A stretch of DNA of 64,000 nt from Acidobacteriota bacterium (GCA_040755995.1 JBFMAF010000035.1:128001-192000), one strand, 5' to 3'. Positions 39,799 through 50,227 are shown, counted from the stretch's first letter. Numbers and translations are program-made. Notes: generated from the sequence alone by a model not told the origin.

Positions 39799-41960
39799 GA
39801 AGTACATGGGCCGGGCTCGCGCTCTGCGCCGTCGTCGCATCGCCCCTCTGCCAGTGCACCCGGTCGCAGCCGGTCCTCGTGCGCGATCTCCTATCCGGCC
39901 AACCCGACAGAGTCCGCCCGACGACCCTGATTCGCGCCGGCGACGAGACCGTCCGCCAATTGATCTATCGCGGACTCGCCGCCACGCCGGATCAGAAGCT
40001 TGCAGCCGCTCCAGGTACGCCCGCCTCGTTCGGATTCTACGCAACGTCCCGGCGGCCCTCGTCATTGGTGCTCTCGGGCTCGGCTGATCCCCCCTGCGAA
40101 GTGGCGCTGAGGGTCAACGGCAAGGACGCAGGCCGCCGGACTGTGCCGGCGGTGCGCGGGCAGTACCGCTTCCCGCTGGCAGCCGGGCTGATCCAGGACG
40201 GCCTCAATGAAGGTGCGCTTCAATTGGCCGCAGCCCCGGCTGCGGCCGGCACCGGCGCGCAGAACGTCGCTCGGGGCCTGATCCTGGACTCCATCTGCCT
40301 TGGTGATTCTACTACACCTGTAGTACCTCCGGGTGCGATCCGATCGCAGCTCGTACAGAGTGCCGGCTCGGAGGTCGAGTGGTTCATGGTGCCGGCGCAG
40401 GATCGGCTGGAGCTCTCGGGCGTGGTGTCGGCGCCGGAGGCATCGTCATGCGAAGCCGCGATCACGATCGAGACGGACTCGAGCGGGCTGCGCACGCTCT
40501 GGAGGTCGCCGGTGGAGGTGCGAGGGGAGCGCAGCCTTTCGGGTGAGATCGATCTGGCACCGTTCGCCGGCAGCGGCGCGCGCATCTGCGCAAAGTTCTC
40601 GGCGAGTCGCGGTGAGGCGACACTGACCTGGAATCGGTTTCGACTGATACGAGACACGACCGGCAATAGCGCGCCCGCGCCGGTGCAACCGGCCGTTTCG
40701 CGGCCGAACGTGATCATCTTCCTCGTCGACACGCTCCGCCGCGATCATCTGCCGGTCTACGGCTATCGTCAGCAGATCGCGCCGTCCCTGTCGAAATTCG
40801 CGCGCGAGTCGATCGTTTTCGAGAATGCCTGGTCGCAGAGCTCCTGGACGAATCCGGCTGTGGCGTCGTTGTTCACGGGCGAGGTCCCGGCGACGCACGG
40901 GATTCGCGCCCACACGGACTCGCTGCACCCGAGCTTCGAGACCATCGCCGAGTTCCACAAGAGGCACGGCTACTCGACGATGGCCTGCGTCTCCAATGCG
41001 GGCATCAAGTCCGAGATGGGCTACGGGCAGGGGTTCGATGACTACCAGTTCCACTGGCGCAAGGACGCCGGCGTTCTGGTCGACATCGCGCTCGATCGGA
41101 TCCGTACGGAGCCGTTCTTCATCTACATCCACGCCAACGACCCGCATTACCCATACACTCCAGCACCTGCGCCGTTCGACTCCTTCATTCCCCCGCGACC
41201 CCCCGCGATCCTGAGCGAAGAGATGCTCACGATGAGCTCGCTCAAGAACCGCCGGTACGTCCCTGACGCGGCCGGCATGGCGTACCTGCTCTCGATCTAC
41301 GATTCCGAGATCCGCCTCGTGGACCATCACTTCGGACGCATGATCGAGGCTCTGAAGTCGAGGGGAGTCTACGACAGGACGCTCGTCGTCTTCATAGCGG
41401 ATCACGGCGAAGAGTTCAACGACCACGGGGGCTACTACCACGGCCACTCGCTCTACGACGAGCTCACGAGGATCCCGATGATCGCGAAGCCGCCGGTGCC
41501 GTATACGCCGGAGCGGCGGGCGAGACCGGTGCGCACGATCGACGTCTACCCCACCGTCGCCGCGCTGCTCGGCGAGGCCCCGGCCCTGCCCGGTCGCGAT
41601 TGGGATGCGGGAGCCGTCGGCTGTCCGGATGACATCGCCGTATACAGCGAGACGGAGTTGCAGGCTGACTACCAGTCCGTGGTGCTCGGTCGATACAAGC
41701 TGATCCTGCTCGACCACAGCAAGAAGGGTGTCGCCGACGGTTTTCGGCTTTTCGACTTGCAGGCAGATCCCGGCGAAAAACGAAACCTGGTGCGCGAGCA
41801 GCCGATCCGCGCCGAATACATGGCCGCGCTGGTCCGGCGCCTTCACCGGGACGCCGCGGCCCGAATGAAGTTCTCCGCCGACGCGATCCACCGGCAGTTG
41901 GACGAAGACACGCGCCGGCAGCTCGAGACCCTGGGATACCTGGATCCTGCGAAAGAGTAA
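39795..41960 (+). CDS. Sulfatase-like (alkaline phosphatase superfamily) exported protein with N-terminal beta domains
   Basis: PNVIIFLVDTLRRD, SSWTNPAVASLFTG, DPHYPY, ADHGEEF, LETLGY. Confidence 0.88.
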   Translation: MRSTWAGLALCAVVASPLCQCTRSQPVLVRDLLSGQPDRVRPTTLIRAGDETVRQLIYRGLAATPDQKLAAAPGTPASFGFYATSRRPSSLVLSGSADPPCEVALRVNGKDAGRRTVPAVRGQYRFPLAAGLIQDGLNEGALQLAAAPAAAGTGAQNVARGLILDSICLGDSTTPVVPPGAIRSQLVQSAGSEVEWFMVPAQDRLELSGVVSAPEASSCEAAITIETDSSGLRTLWRSPVEVRGERSLSGEIDLAPFAGSGARICAKFSASRGEATLTWNRFRLIRDTTGNSAPAPVQPAVSRPNVIIFLVDTLRRDHLPVYGYRQQIAPSLSKFARESIVFENAWSQSSWTNPAVASLFTGEVPATHGIRAHTDSLHPSFETIAEFHKRHGYSTMACVSNAGIKSEMGYGQGFDDYQFHWRKDAGVLVDIALDRIRTEPFFIYIHANDPHYPYTPAPAPFDSFIPPRPPAILSEEMLTMSSLKNRRYVPDAAGMAYLLSIYDSEIRLVDHHFGRMIEALKSRGVYDRTLVVFIADHGEEFNDHGGYYHGHSLYDELTRIPMIAKPPVPYTPERRARPVRTIDVYPTVAALLGEAPALPGRDWDAGAVGCPDDIAVYSETELQADYQSVVLGRYKLILLDHSKKGVADGFRLFDLQADPGEKRNLVREQPIRAEYMAALVRRLHRDAAARMKFSADAIHRQLDEDTRRQLETLGYLDPAKE

Positions 41961-41966
41961 GCCGGC

Positions 41967-42191
41967 GTGGTGAAGGTGCGATGGGTGAGCGCACGTGCAC
42001 ATCAAAGCGACGTGCGAATGCTCCTGCGGGAGAACCGGAGGGATCTGAGCCTGGTGGACTGCGTGAGCTTTGGCGTGATGAACGACCTGGGGCTGAGGCA
42101 CGCCTTCGCGTTCGGCCCGCACTTCGAGCGAGCCGGGTTCTTGTGCTCAACTCTACAGCGGCTGCCTGAGCTGCTTCGAGCGTGCGAATAG
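41967..42191 (+). pseudogene. VapC/PIN-domain toxin C-terminal fragment
   Basis: RDLSLVDCVSF.VM...G...AFAFGPHFERAGF. The N-terminal half is absent and the usual FDxHF Asp is Gly. Confidence 0.7.
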
Positions 42192-42201
42192 CGACACCCA
42201 G

Positions 42202-45200
42202 CTACTTCGAGGCGTCTGCGAGCATCCGCTGTGCCTCATCGAGAAGCGTACCGTACTCGCGCTTGAGGAGTGTGCTGTTCTCGAGCGCACGCTGGAGCTT
42301 GTCCTGCGCGCGTTTCGCGCAGTCGAGCCTAGCGGGCGGGCCTCGCTCCGCGCGAGCTCGCAGCAGTTCCAGAGCTCCGCCGAGCGCCAGGGCCCGCCAC
42401 GGCCATCGATTCTCCCTGGTCAACCGCTCCGTGGCTGCCAGGCCCTCGACGATGTCGCGTTCGATCGATACGCCTTTCGCCAGGGCCCACTCCGCCTTCC
42501 AGCGGCAGACTTCGGCCATCCGGACCAGTGCCTCGGGATCGTCTTCCACAAAGACGAGCTCTTCGCGTGAGCTCTTGAGCGCAGAGGCGAAGAATCGATC
42601 TGCGCGCGCATTCGCGTTGATGGCGGCCCATCGCGCGGCCATCAGATCGAGCGCCGCCCGATACGAGCATCTCGAGTAGTCCGATCTGGAGTCCGCAGAC
42701 CGGCTGTCTCCGAGCGCCGCCCACCCGGCGTTCAGAAACGGTTGTGGATCGCGATGGTGCTCCAGCTCGTTCCGCGCCTGGACCACGTGCACGTCCACCA
42801 AAAGCTCCTCCAGACCCCTGAGACTGTGGTCCAGCTCGGCGGCCCGTTTCAGCTCCGAGGTGGCAAATGCCAGTGTCTCCGACGGGTCACCTCCCGTCGC
42901 GATCTCCACCCGCGCGAGGTCAATGGCAGCCCCCCCGGCGAGCACGTGTGGAGCGGTTGCGTTCGGGGCCAGGCGGGATGCTTCCTGCGCCGTTGCGAGG
43001 GCCTCCGTGAGCTCCGCTCTGGTGTCCCGCCCGTACTCCAGATCCAGGCGGGCGAGGTGCCAGAGCGATGCGGCCAGTCCCTCGAGCCAGCTCCGCACGC
43101 TGCGTTCCGCCGCAATGGCGCGCCGGTAGACATCGATCGAACGCCTCAAGACCGCCCTGGTGTCCGCGGTGCTCACGCGACCGAGGGATGCCTTGATACG
43201 CAGTGCCGTGGCGAGCATCCCGAGATACTGGGGGTCGCCGGGCGAACTGCCGAGTGCCCGCTCCAAACACGACGTCGACTCTTGTAGCAGCCTCAGAATC
43301 TCGCCTCTCTCCGAGCGGCCATAGACGGCCCGGCTCATGAGTGTGAAACCCAGCGTATAGAGCCCTTCTGCGTTCTCTCTGTCCAGCTCTACGGCCACGC
43401 GGGCCTCATCGACGGACTCGGCAAGGAATGGGTCTGGGTCCATTCCTGCCGTCGCGCAGCCCCTCCCCCGTTTCTGCAGGAGCGCCGATTTCCTGATGTG
43501 TGGAACGGGACTCTCCGGATCTGCCACGACGGACTTCTCGCATGCTTCCAAACCGCGACGGAAGTCCTCTGTCTCTTCGCATGTCTTCTGTGACTCCTCC
43601 CAGAGGATCCTATCCCGCACCAGGGCCTCGGCGTCATAGAGCTCCGGGTCGCTCCGGAGCGTCTCACTGCACCGGAGATAGGATGCAGTGGCAGCGCGAT
43701 AGTCTGCGACCGCCCCCGCCCGATCTCCTCGGTTGGCCTTCTCCTGTCCGCGGGAGAAGTACACGTCGCCGGTCAGTTTCTCCGCTTCGACAAGCCATGG
43801 ATGTGTGCGAAAGGCGCGGCCGGCTGCTGCAAGTGCGTCATCATAGCGAGCTTCGTAGTACCCGATCAGACCTTCTACGTAGTCTGCGGCTACTCCCGGG
43901 ACCTGTGCGCTCGACTTCGCGAACTGCTTCGCCGGATCGCGATACTGTGACTGCGCTTCCCGCAGGAGTCTCTGTTTGAGTTCCGGGGTCTGAGACTGGT
44001 TCGCCCGCTCGACCGCCTTCTGGTACAAGGTCATGAGGGAGATGGCCATGTGGTAGCCGAGTTCCGGTTCGCGCAGTCCGGCATCCCATGCCTGCCGTAG
44101 ATGATCGTGAGCGCTCAGGTAGTCGTGGAGTGCAGAGGATGCTCTCCCGAGGGCGTAGTGGCCGGGACCAGTGGCAAGCTGTCCGTCGATCTGCATCTGC
44201 GCCTTGATCTGCTTCATGAGATCGCGCACGCGAGCGCGTTCGGGGCGGAGGTCGTGGAGCGGCTGCGTGTAGGCAGTGCGCATCGTGAGCTCCGCTTCCT
44301 TGGCGCGCTGGGCATAGGCCTGAGAGAGCTCACCCAGTCGCCTGGCCTTCCATATGGCGTAGAGACCGATGGAGGCGAGCGACAGGAGGAGGACCATGGC
44401 GGCGAGGGACACGCCCACGACCGCTCTGTTCCGCTTCGCCTTCTTGGCCAGGCGGTGCCAGATTGCCGTGCGGCGTGCGCGGATCGGCTCGCCATCCAGG
44501 TAGCGGCCCACGTCGTCCGCCAGGGCCTTCGCGGTCTGGTATCTCTGTGAAGGATCCTTCTCGACGCACTTCATCACGATCGTATCGAGATCAATCGGGA
44601 TCCGGCGGTCGATGCTGCGCGGAGCGAGCGGATCAGTCGCCGGAATCTCGCTGAGGATTTCGGGGACGCTCCCGGTGAACAATGTCCGTCCGGTGAGAAG
44701 CACGTAGAAAGTGGCGCCGAGGCTGTAGACATCGGAGCGTAGATCGACCCCCACGCCCATCCCGAACGCCTGTTCCGGTGACATATACGCCGGCGTACCC
44801 ATCACTACTCCGGTCGTGGTAAGACCGGGAGACTCGAGGTCCCTCACCAGCCCGAAGTCCATCACGTACGCTCTACACGAGCCTCCCTCCACCCGCTCGA
44901 CCATGATGTTGCTGGGCTTTATGTCGCGGTGGACAAGCCCGAGTTGGTGCGCGGCGTGAAGCGCCTCGGCGACCTGCTTCACCACAGTGGCCTTCTCGGG
45001 CCAGGACATCTCCTGGGCGGCTTCTCCAAGCGTCTGCCCGCGAACGTACTGCATGGCGATGAACCGGCGGCCGTCCGCCTCGCCCACTTCGTGCACCTGG
45101 CAGACGTTGGCATGTTCGATGCGCGCCTGAGCCCGTGCTTCGTTCATCAGGCGCGATTCCATTCGTCGATCATCGACGCGCAGAAGCTTGAGCGCCACGA

Positions 45201-45429
45201 CGCGGCCGAGGTCAGGGTCCCGGACCTTGTAGACCATGGCCATCCCGCCGCTGCCGAGGAAGCCCAGGATCTCAAACCGTCCGATCCTGCTGCCCGCCGG
45301 CAGCACCTTCTCCGCGTCGGGGAGGACTCCGTCGCCGCCATCCGGAGGGCCCGCGCTCGCGGCACTCCCTGACATCTCGGGCGGGATCCCGTGGGTGATC
45401 TCGTCCGGTGAGCTCTTCTCTTGTGCCAT
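42202..45429 (-). CDS. Membrane-anchored Hanks-type Ser/Thr protein kinase with a TPR-like C-terminal region
   Basis: GSGGMAMVY, VALK, HRDIKPSN, DFG, GTPAYMSPEQ, DVYSLG; TM helix followed by helical repeats. Confidence 0.95.
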   Translation of the reverse strand: MAQEKSSPDEITHGIPPEMSGSAASAGPPDGGDGVLPDAEKVLPAGSRIGRFEILGFLGSGGMAMVYKVRDPDLGRVVALKLLRVDDRRMESRLMNEARAQARIEHANVCQVHEVGEADGRRFIAMQYVRGQTLGEAAQEMSWPEKATVVKQVAEALHAAHQLGLVHRDIKPSNIMVERVEGGSCRAYVMDFGLVRDLESPGLTTTGVVMGTPAYMSPEQAFGMGVGVDLRSDVYSLGATFYVLLTGRTLFTGSVPEILSEIPATDPLAPRSIDRRIPIDLDTIVMKCVEKDPSQRYQTAKALADDVGRYLDGEPIRARRTAIWHRLAKKAKRNRAVVGVSLAAMVLLLSLASIGLYAIWKARRLGELSQAYAQRAKEAELTMRTAYTQPLHDLRPERARVRDLMKQIKAQMQIDGQLATGPGHYALGRASSALHDYLSAHDHLRQAWDAGLREPELGYHMAISLMTLYQKAVERANQSQTPELKQRLLREAQSQYRDPAKQFAKSSAQVPGVAADYVEGLIGYYEARYDDALAAAGRAFRTHPWLVEAEKLTGDVYFSRGQEKANRGDRAGAVADYRAATASYLRCSETLRSDPELYDAEALVRDRILWEESQKTCEETEDFRRGLEACEKSVVADPESPVPHIRKSALLQKRGRGCATAGMDPDPFLAESVDEARVAVELDRENAEGLYTLGFTLMSRAVYGRSERGEILRLLQESTSCLERALGSSPGDPQYLGMLATALRIKASLGRVSTADTRAVLRRSIDVYRRAIAAERSVRSWLEGLAASLWHLARLDLEYGRDTRAELTEALATAQEASRLAPNATAPHVLAGGAAIDLARVEIATGGDPSETLAFATSELKRAAELDHSLRGLEELLVDVHVVQARNELEHHRDPQPFLNAGWAALGDSRSADSRSDYSRCSYRAALDLMAARWAAINANARADRFFASALKSSREELVFVEDDPEALVRMAEVCRWKAEWALAKGVSIERDIVEGLAATERLTRENRWPWRALALGGALELLRARAERGPPARLDCAKRAQDKLQRALENSTLLKREYGTLLDEAQRMLADASK

Positions 45430-45544
45430 GGGCCGACCTCCACCCGGCTGCTACGTCAACTATGTCACATGCACGGGGGCGCAACAAGACCAGCGGCGCC
45501 AGTGGACGCCTCTCGCTGATGAGGGGCTGGAGGACCAGGATCCT

Positions 45545-45745
45545 ATGATCGGACAAACCGTTTCTCGCTACGAGATTCTGGAGTAGCTGGGGGGCGGCGG
45601 GTGGGGGTGGACGAGATCCTGACGGTGGCGCTAGGGGTGGCCGAGGGTATCGAGGCCGGGCACGCCAAGGGGATCTTTCATCGGGACGTCAAGCCGGCCG
45701 ACCTGTTCATCACTGCGTCTGGCCACGCCAGGATCCTCGACTACT
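45545..45745 (+). pseudogene. Ser/Thr kinase remnant (nonsense codon, internal deletion, truncated)
   Basis: MIGQTVSRYEILE*LGGGG, then after a frame change VAEGIEAGHAKGIFHRDVKPADLFITASGHARILD. Confidence 0.85.
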
Positions 45746-46241
45746 TCATTCGCCCGTGACAGTTCTTGTACTTGCGCCCGCTGCCGCACGGACAGCGCTG
45801 ATTCGGATCGGTCTCGGGAACTTCTTCCTCTGCTCTGGGAACGGGCGGTTCCCACGCGTACATATCGCCGACGTGTCTCGCACGCCGCGGCGGTTCCCGT
45901 TCGTCGCCAACGATGTCTGCTTCCGACTCGTCTTCCTCGTGCTCGTCAGGCTCGTCCGCTTCTTCTTCTCGTTCTTCCTCCAGCGCTCTTTCCAGCTCCC
46001 GCCATCGACGTGTGGCTGGTAGCTCGAACGCCAGCCGCATTGCGATCCACGCGACCAGGCACATCGCGACCAATGCGAGGACAGTACCTTGGAGCATTGA
46101 GAACGGCAGATGCAGAGGGTTGACCAGCACCCAGCCCACTCCGACAGCCAGCAGCACAATAATGCCGGTCAACAGCGCTATGGCAAACAGCGCCGCGACG
46201 GCCAGCAGGATGATGACGAAGATCGTTCGAATGGTCTTCAT
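45741..46241 (-). CDS. Membrane protein with an acidic linker and a C-terminal SEC-C motif
   Basis: Hydrophobic N-terminal helices; PNQRCPCGSGRKYKNCHG. Confidence 0.85.
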   Translation of the reverse strand: MKTIRTIFVIILLAVAALFAIALLTGIIVLLAVGVGWVLVNPLHLPFSMLQGTVLALVAMCLVAWIAMRLAFELPATRRWRELERALEEEREEEADEPDEHEEDESEADIVGDEREPPRRARHVGDMYAWEPPVPRAEEEVPETDPNQRCPCGSGRKYKNCHGRMK

Positions 46242-46260
46242 TGGTACTCTCCTTCCTCAG

Positions 46261-48402
46261 CTATCGGCCGCCGAGGCCCTCCGGGGTCTTCAGCGGCTCG
46301 AAGGAGGTCGCCTCCGCCGCCCGGCTCCTCTCCAGCGCCCTCTCCGCCTCGCGCTGCAGGTGGACCTGCGACCGGAACGGCTCTTCGCCCTTCGCCGGGC
46401 GCCGCCTCTTGTATGAGCCGTCGGGCTGGAGCCTTCGACCTTTCACGTTGTCCTGGAAGGCGGCCTCCAGCGCGGCCACTACCTTCTGGCGACACTCAGG
46501 CGCTTCCACCGGGAACAGCAGCTCGATTCTGCGGTCCAGGTTGCGCGGCATCCAATCGGCGCTCGACAGATACACCTCCTCGTCCCCGCCGTTGCGGAAG
46601 TAAGCGACACGGGAGTGCTCCAGGAAGCGGTCCAGAATCGAGACAACTTCGATGCTATCGCTTACCCCCTTCAGGCCGGGTCGCAGGCAGCAGATGCCGC
46701 GCACGTTGAGCCTGATCCGCACACCCGCGCGCGAGGCGTCGTAGAGCGCGCGAATGATGTCCTCATCGAGCAGCGAATTCATCTTCGCTCGGATCTCCGC
46801 CGCCTGTCCGGCCTCGGCCCTCCTCCGCTCACGCTCGATCAGCTCGATGACACGCTCGCGAAGCATCGTCGGAGCCATCGCCAGCTTCCTGGTGCGCGGC
46901 GGATCCGAATAGCCGGTGACCGCGTTGAAGACGGCCGAGGCGTCCTCGCCGATCTGCGCATCGGCCGTCATGAGGCCGAAATCCGTGTACAGCCGCGCGG
47001 TTCGCTCGTTGTAGTTCCCGGTCCCCAGATGTACATAGCGCCTGATGCCGCGAGAGCCACGCCTCACCACCAGGCAGATTTTCGCGTGCGTCTTGTACCC
47101 GCGGACGCCGTAGATGACGTGCGCCCCCGCCTCCTCCAGGCTCCTCGCCCAGCGGATGTTGCTGCGCTCGTCAAAGCGCGCCAGCAGCTCCACCAGCACC
47201 GTCACCTGCTTGCCCTTCTCCGCAGCCCGTGCCAACGCATTCACGATCGGCGAATCCCCACTGGTCCGGTAGAGTGTCTGCTTGATCGCCAGCACGTCCG
47301 GATCGTCGGCCGCACGCTCTACCAGCGCGGCTACTGGGTCGAAAGAGTCGTACGGGTGGTGCAGGAGCACGTCCTGCTCGTCCAGAGTGTCGAAGATGTT
47401 CTCCATCTGCCGGGGCGCAAGCACCGTCACAGGCCGGAACGGCCGATCCTTCAGGTCATCAAGCGACGGCAAACCCAGGAAACCGTAAAGCGGGCGAAGA
47501 TCCAGGGGGCCCTTGATGCGATAGATGTCCTCGGGCCGGACACCCAGCCTTGCCACCAGGGTGTCCAGGAGCATGCCGCTCGCCGCCTCCTCCACCTCCA
47601 GTCGCACGACCTGGCTCTTGCGTCTCTTCTTGAGCTCTTCTTCGACCACCTGCAGGTGATCGCGCCCTCCCTCGTCGTCCAGATCCAGCTCGGAGTCCCG
47701 GGCGATTCTGAACGCAGCCGATTCGAGGATTGGCTGCCCGGGGAAGAGCTCCCGCAGCTCCTGCTTGACAAGGTCCTCCATCAAGACGAACGTCGCGCCG
47801 TCGCCGGCGGGGAGCCGCACGAGCCGGGGGAATCTGCCGGGCACCTGCACGACCGCGAGCCTCGCCTGGTCCTCGCCTTCCGCCGGCGCCAGAAGCAGAG
47901 CGACGTTGAGGCTGAGGCCTGTGAGCATCGGGAAGGGCCGCGACGAGTCGATCGCAAGCGGCGTCAGAGCCGGGAACAGGTCTGCACGGAACTGCCGCGA
48001 CAGGACCTCACGCGAGCTCGCGTCCAGCTCGCCGACCCGCACGATCCTCACACCGCGCTCGGCGATGGCCGGGAGTATGTCCTCGACGGCGACGTGGTAG
48101 AGCTGGCCGTACATCTCGTGGACACGCTTTGAGATCAGGCTGAGCTGCTGCGCCGGAGTCAGACCGGCCTGGTCCGGACGCTCGTCGCCATCCTGCAGAC
48201 GCTGCCTCAGGGCGGCAACCCTTACCATGAAGAACTCGTCGAGATTCGACGCGACGATCGTGGCAAACTTGAGCCGCTCCATCAGCGGGTTCGTCCCATC
48301 CAGCGCCTCTTCCAGCACGCGCGAGTTGAACTCCAGCCACGAGAGCTCCCGGTTCAGGAACAGCTCGGGCTCCCTCTTCCGCGAACCGCCGGAGGGCTTC
48401 AC
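46261..48402 (-). CDS. ppk1: Polyphosphate kinase 1
   Basis: NRELSWLEFN, NLDEFFMVRVA, LLHHPYDSF, IKQTLYRT, KTHAK, GTGNYN, FLEHSR. Confidence 0.97.
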   Translation of the reverse strand: MKPSGGSRKREPELFLNRELSWLEFNSRVLEEALDGTNPLMERLKFATIVASNLDEFFMVRVAALRQRLQDGDERPDQAGLTPAQQLSLISKRVHEMYGQLYHVAVEDILPAIAERGVRIVRVGELDASSREVLSRQFRADLFPALTPLAIDSSRPFPMLTGLSLNVALLLAPAEGEDQARLAVVQVPGRFPRLVRLPAGDGATFVLMEDLVKQELRELFPGQPILESAAFRIARDSELDLDDEGGRDHLQVVEEELKKRRKSQVVRLEVEEAASGMLLDTLVARLGVRPEDIYRIKGPLDLRPLYGFLGLPSLDDLKDRPFRPVTVLAPRQMENIFDTLDEQDVLLHHPYDSFDPVAALVERAADDPDVLAIKQTLYRTSGDSPIVNALARAAEKGKQVTVLVELLARFDERSNIRWARSLEEAGAHVIYGVRGYKTHAKICLVVRRGSRGIRRYVHLGTGNYNERTARLYTDFGLMTADAQIGEDASAVFNAVTGYSDPPRTRKLAMAPTMLRERVIELIERERRRAEAGQAAEIRAKMNSLLDEDIIRALYDASRAGVRIRLNVRGICCLRPGLKGVSDSIEVVSILDRFLEHSRVAYFRNGGDEEVYLSSADWMPRNLDRRIELLFPVEAPECRQKVVAALEAAFQDNVKGRRLQPDGSYKRRRPAKGEEPFRSQVHLQREAERALERSRAAEATSFEPLKTPEGLGGR

Positions 48403-50003
48403 GGCCGCATCCCCGCTTCGCGGAAGCTCACCTTCCTGCCAAAGACCTCGGTGAACAGATCCGCGCGGGCCAGGGCCGCCTGGCGCTCCATCGTCAGCTC
48501 CCCCGCCGCCTCCACCTCGATCACCCAGCTATCCTCCTCCGCCACCATCTTCACATCCTTGATCTTCTGCACGTGATCCACGTCCAGCGCATTGGCGATC
48601 CGGAGAAGGGCCGCCATCTTGTTCACTGCGACGCGCGTGTCCCGATCCAGCGCCATGTACGGAAGATGCGACTTCTGCGGGGTTCCGCGGCGGTGGTAGC
48701 GAGCGACGTTGGAGACAACGGCCATGTCCTCAGCCGACAGCCCGAACACATTCGACACCGAGATGAGATACTGCGAGTGCTTGTGGTGAGCCCTGACGTT
48801 GGCGAAATTGCCGATGTCGTGAAGAATGGCGGCCACCTCGAGCAGCAGCCGCTGCCGCCGATCCAGCCCGTGCTCGGCGCGGAGATCGTCGAACATCCGC
48901 GTCGCCAGGTGGGCGACGATGCGCGCGTGCGCAGCATCGTAGTGGTACTTCTCACCGAGCGCCGCGGCGCTGGCGAGAACCTGCCGGCCGTAATCCTCGA
49001 TGCCGTGCCCCTCGCGGTCAGGCGCGAACTCGAGCAGCAGACCGGCTCGCAGAGTCACGTCCGGCACCAGTATGCAGCCTGCGGTGGTCAGACGGAGAAG
49101 CTCCTGGTAGGCGAGCAGAGCCGGCACGAGCGTCTCCGCGTCGGCGACCGGAAGGCGATAGCGTTCTATGAGCTGGTCCATCTCCTGCATCGATATGCGA
49201 TCGACGAACTCGATGAAGGCGTCTCGCGAGATCGCCGGCACGGACCCCTCGGGCCTCGCATCCCCACCGATCTGCGCTGCGGCGAATCGCACGTCGCCAC
49301 CCAGCGCAATGAAGTCGCGCGCCTCGCTCACCGGCATCTCTCTCTGAATATCCTCGACGATGTTGTGAATGTGCCTGCGGAGCAACTGTATACGCTTGTC
49401 GTTCCCGCCCCGCCACGATGCCAGGCTCTGCCGCATCCGGATCGACCCGAGGGCGTAGTTGCCCGAGTGGATGGGCTCGCCGTTGCGCAGAAACGAAATG
49501 TCCGCGCCCCCGCCGCCGACCTCCACCAGCAGCGCACCCTCGGAGGCAAGCACCTCGTGCCCCTCGAGCTTCTCCTTCACCGCCTGGTACGTCAGCCGAT
49601 TCTCCTCCGAGCCGTCGATGACCTCGATCTCGATCCCCGTGCGCAGGCGGATCCGGTCGAGGAAACCGTCGCGGTTGGCGGCTTCCCGCACGGCGCTCGT
49701 GGCCACCGCGCGATAGCGCGTCACCCCATAGCTTTCCATTATCTGGCGGAATCCTTCGAGGGCGCGGAGTGCCGCCTCGACGGTTGCGGCTCCAATACGG
49801 CCACTCGTGAAAGTGTCCTTTCCGAGCAGAACTCCGCGCGAGACCTCTTCGAGAATCCGTGGCGCCCCGCCCGGCGCCACCTCGGCTATCACGGCGCGTA
49901 TCGCACTGGCCCCCATGTCCACTGCCGCAACGGTCTGTGGAGGTGGAGGTGGAGCGGGAGGCTCGGGCTGCTGTCGAGTGGAGAGCTTCTTCGAACGGGC
50001 CAT
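48399..50003 (-). CDS. ppx: Exopolyphosphatase (Ppx/GppA) with HD domain
   Basis: VDMGASAIR, ATSAVREAAN, IDGSEE, EVGGG, LHDIG, HHKHS; overlaps the ppk1 start. Confidence 0.92.
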   Translation of the reverse strand: MARSKKLSTRQQPEPPAPPPPPQTVAAVDMGASAIRAVIAEVAPGGAPRILEEVSRGVLLGKDTFTSGRIGAATVEAALRALEGFRQIMESYGVTRYRAVATSAVREAANRDGFLDRIRLRTGIEIEVIDGSEENRLTYQAVKEKLEGHEVLASEGALLVEVGGGGADISFLRNGEPIHSGNYALGSIRMRQSLASWRGGNDKRIQLLRRHIHNIVEDIQREMPVSEARDFIALGGDVRFAAAQIGGDARPEGSVPAISRDAFIEFVDRISMQEMDQLIERYRLPVADAETLVPALLAYQELLRLTTAGCILVPDVTLRAGLLLEFAPDREGHGIEDYGRQVLASAAALGEKYHYDAAHARIVAHLATRMFDDLRAEHGLDRRQRLLLEVAAILHDIGNFANVRAHHKHSQYLISVSNVFGLSAEDMAVVSNVARYHRRGTPQKSHLPYMALDRDTRVAVNKMAALLRIANALDVDHVQKIKDVKMVAEEDSWVIEVEAAGELTMERQAALARADLFTEVFGRKVSFREAGMRP

Positions 50004-50035
50004 CGATTCTCCTTGTTATACGGCGCGACATAAGT

Positions 50036-50227
50036 CGCGCTGTATGCGCGTGGGGGTTCCGGGGGAGGCCTCGCGCGGAGGCCTCCCCCGGTGGGGCACG
50101 TGGGGAGGGCTCAGGCCTTGCGCGGCCGAACGGCCGCAGATGCAAGGCCTGAGGCCATCCCCACGAATACAGCGCGTCATAGCCTGCCTCCACTCGTCGA
50201 ACCTGTCGTGGACTCATGACGCGCTGT
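50036..50227. mobile_element. Non-coding multi-hairpin element with inverted ends (MITE-like or structured RNA)
   Basis: CGCGCTGTAT (50036) and ATACAGCGCG (50167) are inverted ends. Internal hairpins CCGGGGGAGGCCTC/GAGGCCTCCCCCGG and TCAGGCCTTGC/GCAAGGCCTGA; an extra inverted copy ATGACGCGCTGT at 50216. Confidence 0.5.

Noticed and set aside
45584..45586. In-frame TAG in the kinase fragment as pyrrolysine read-through
   Set aside because: The fragment is also frameshifted, internally deleted and truncated, so it is a pseudogene.
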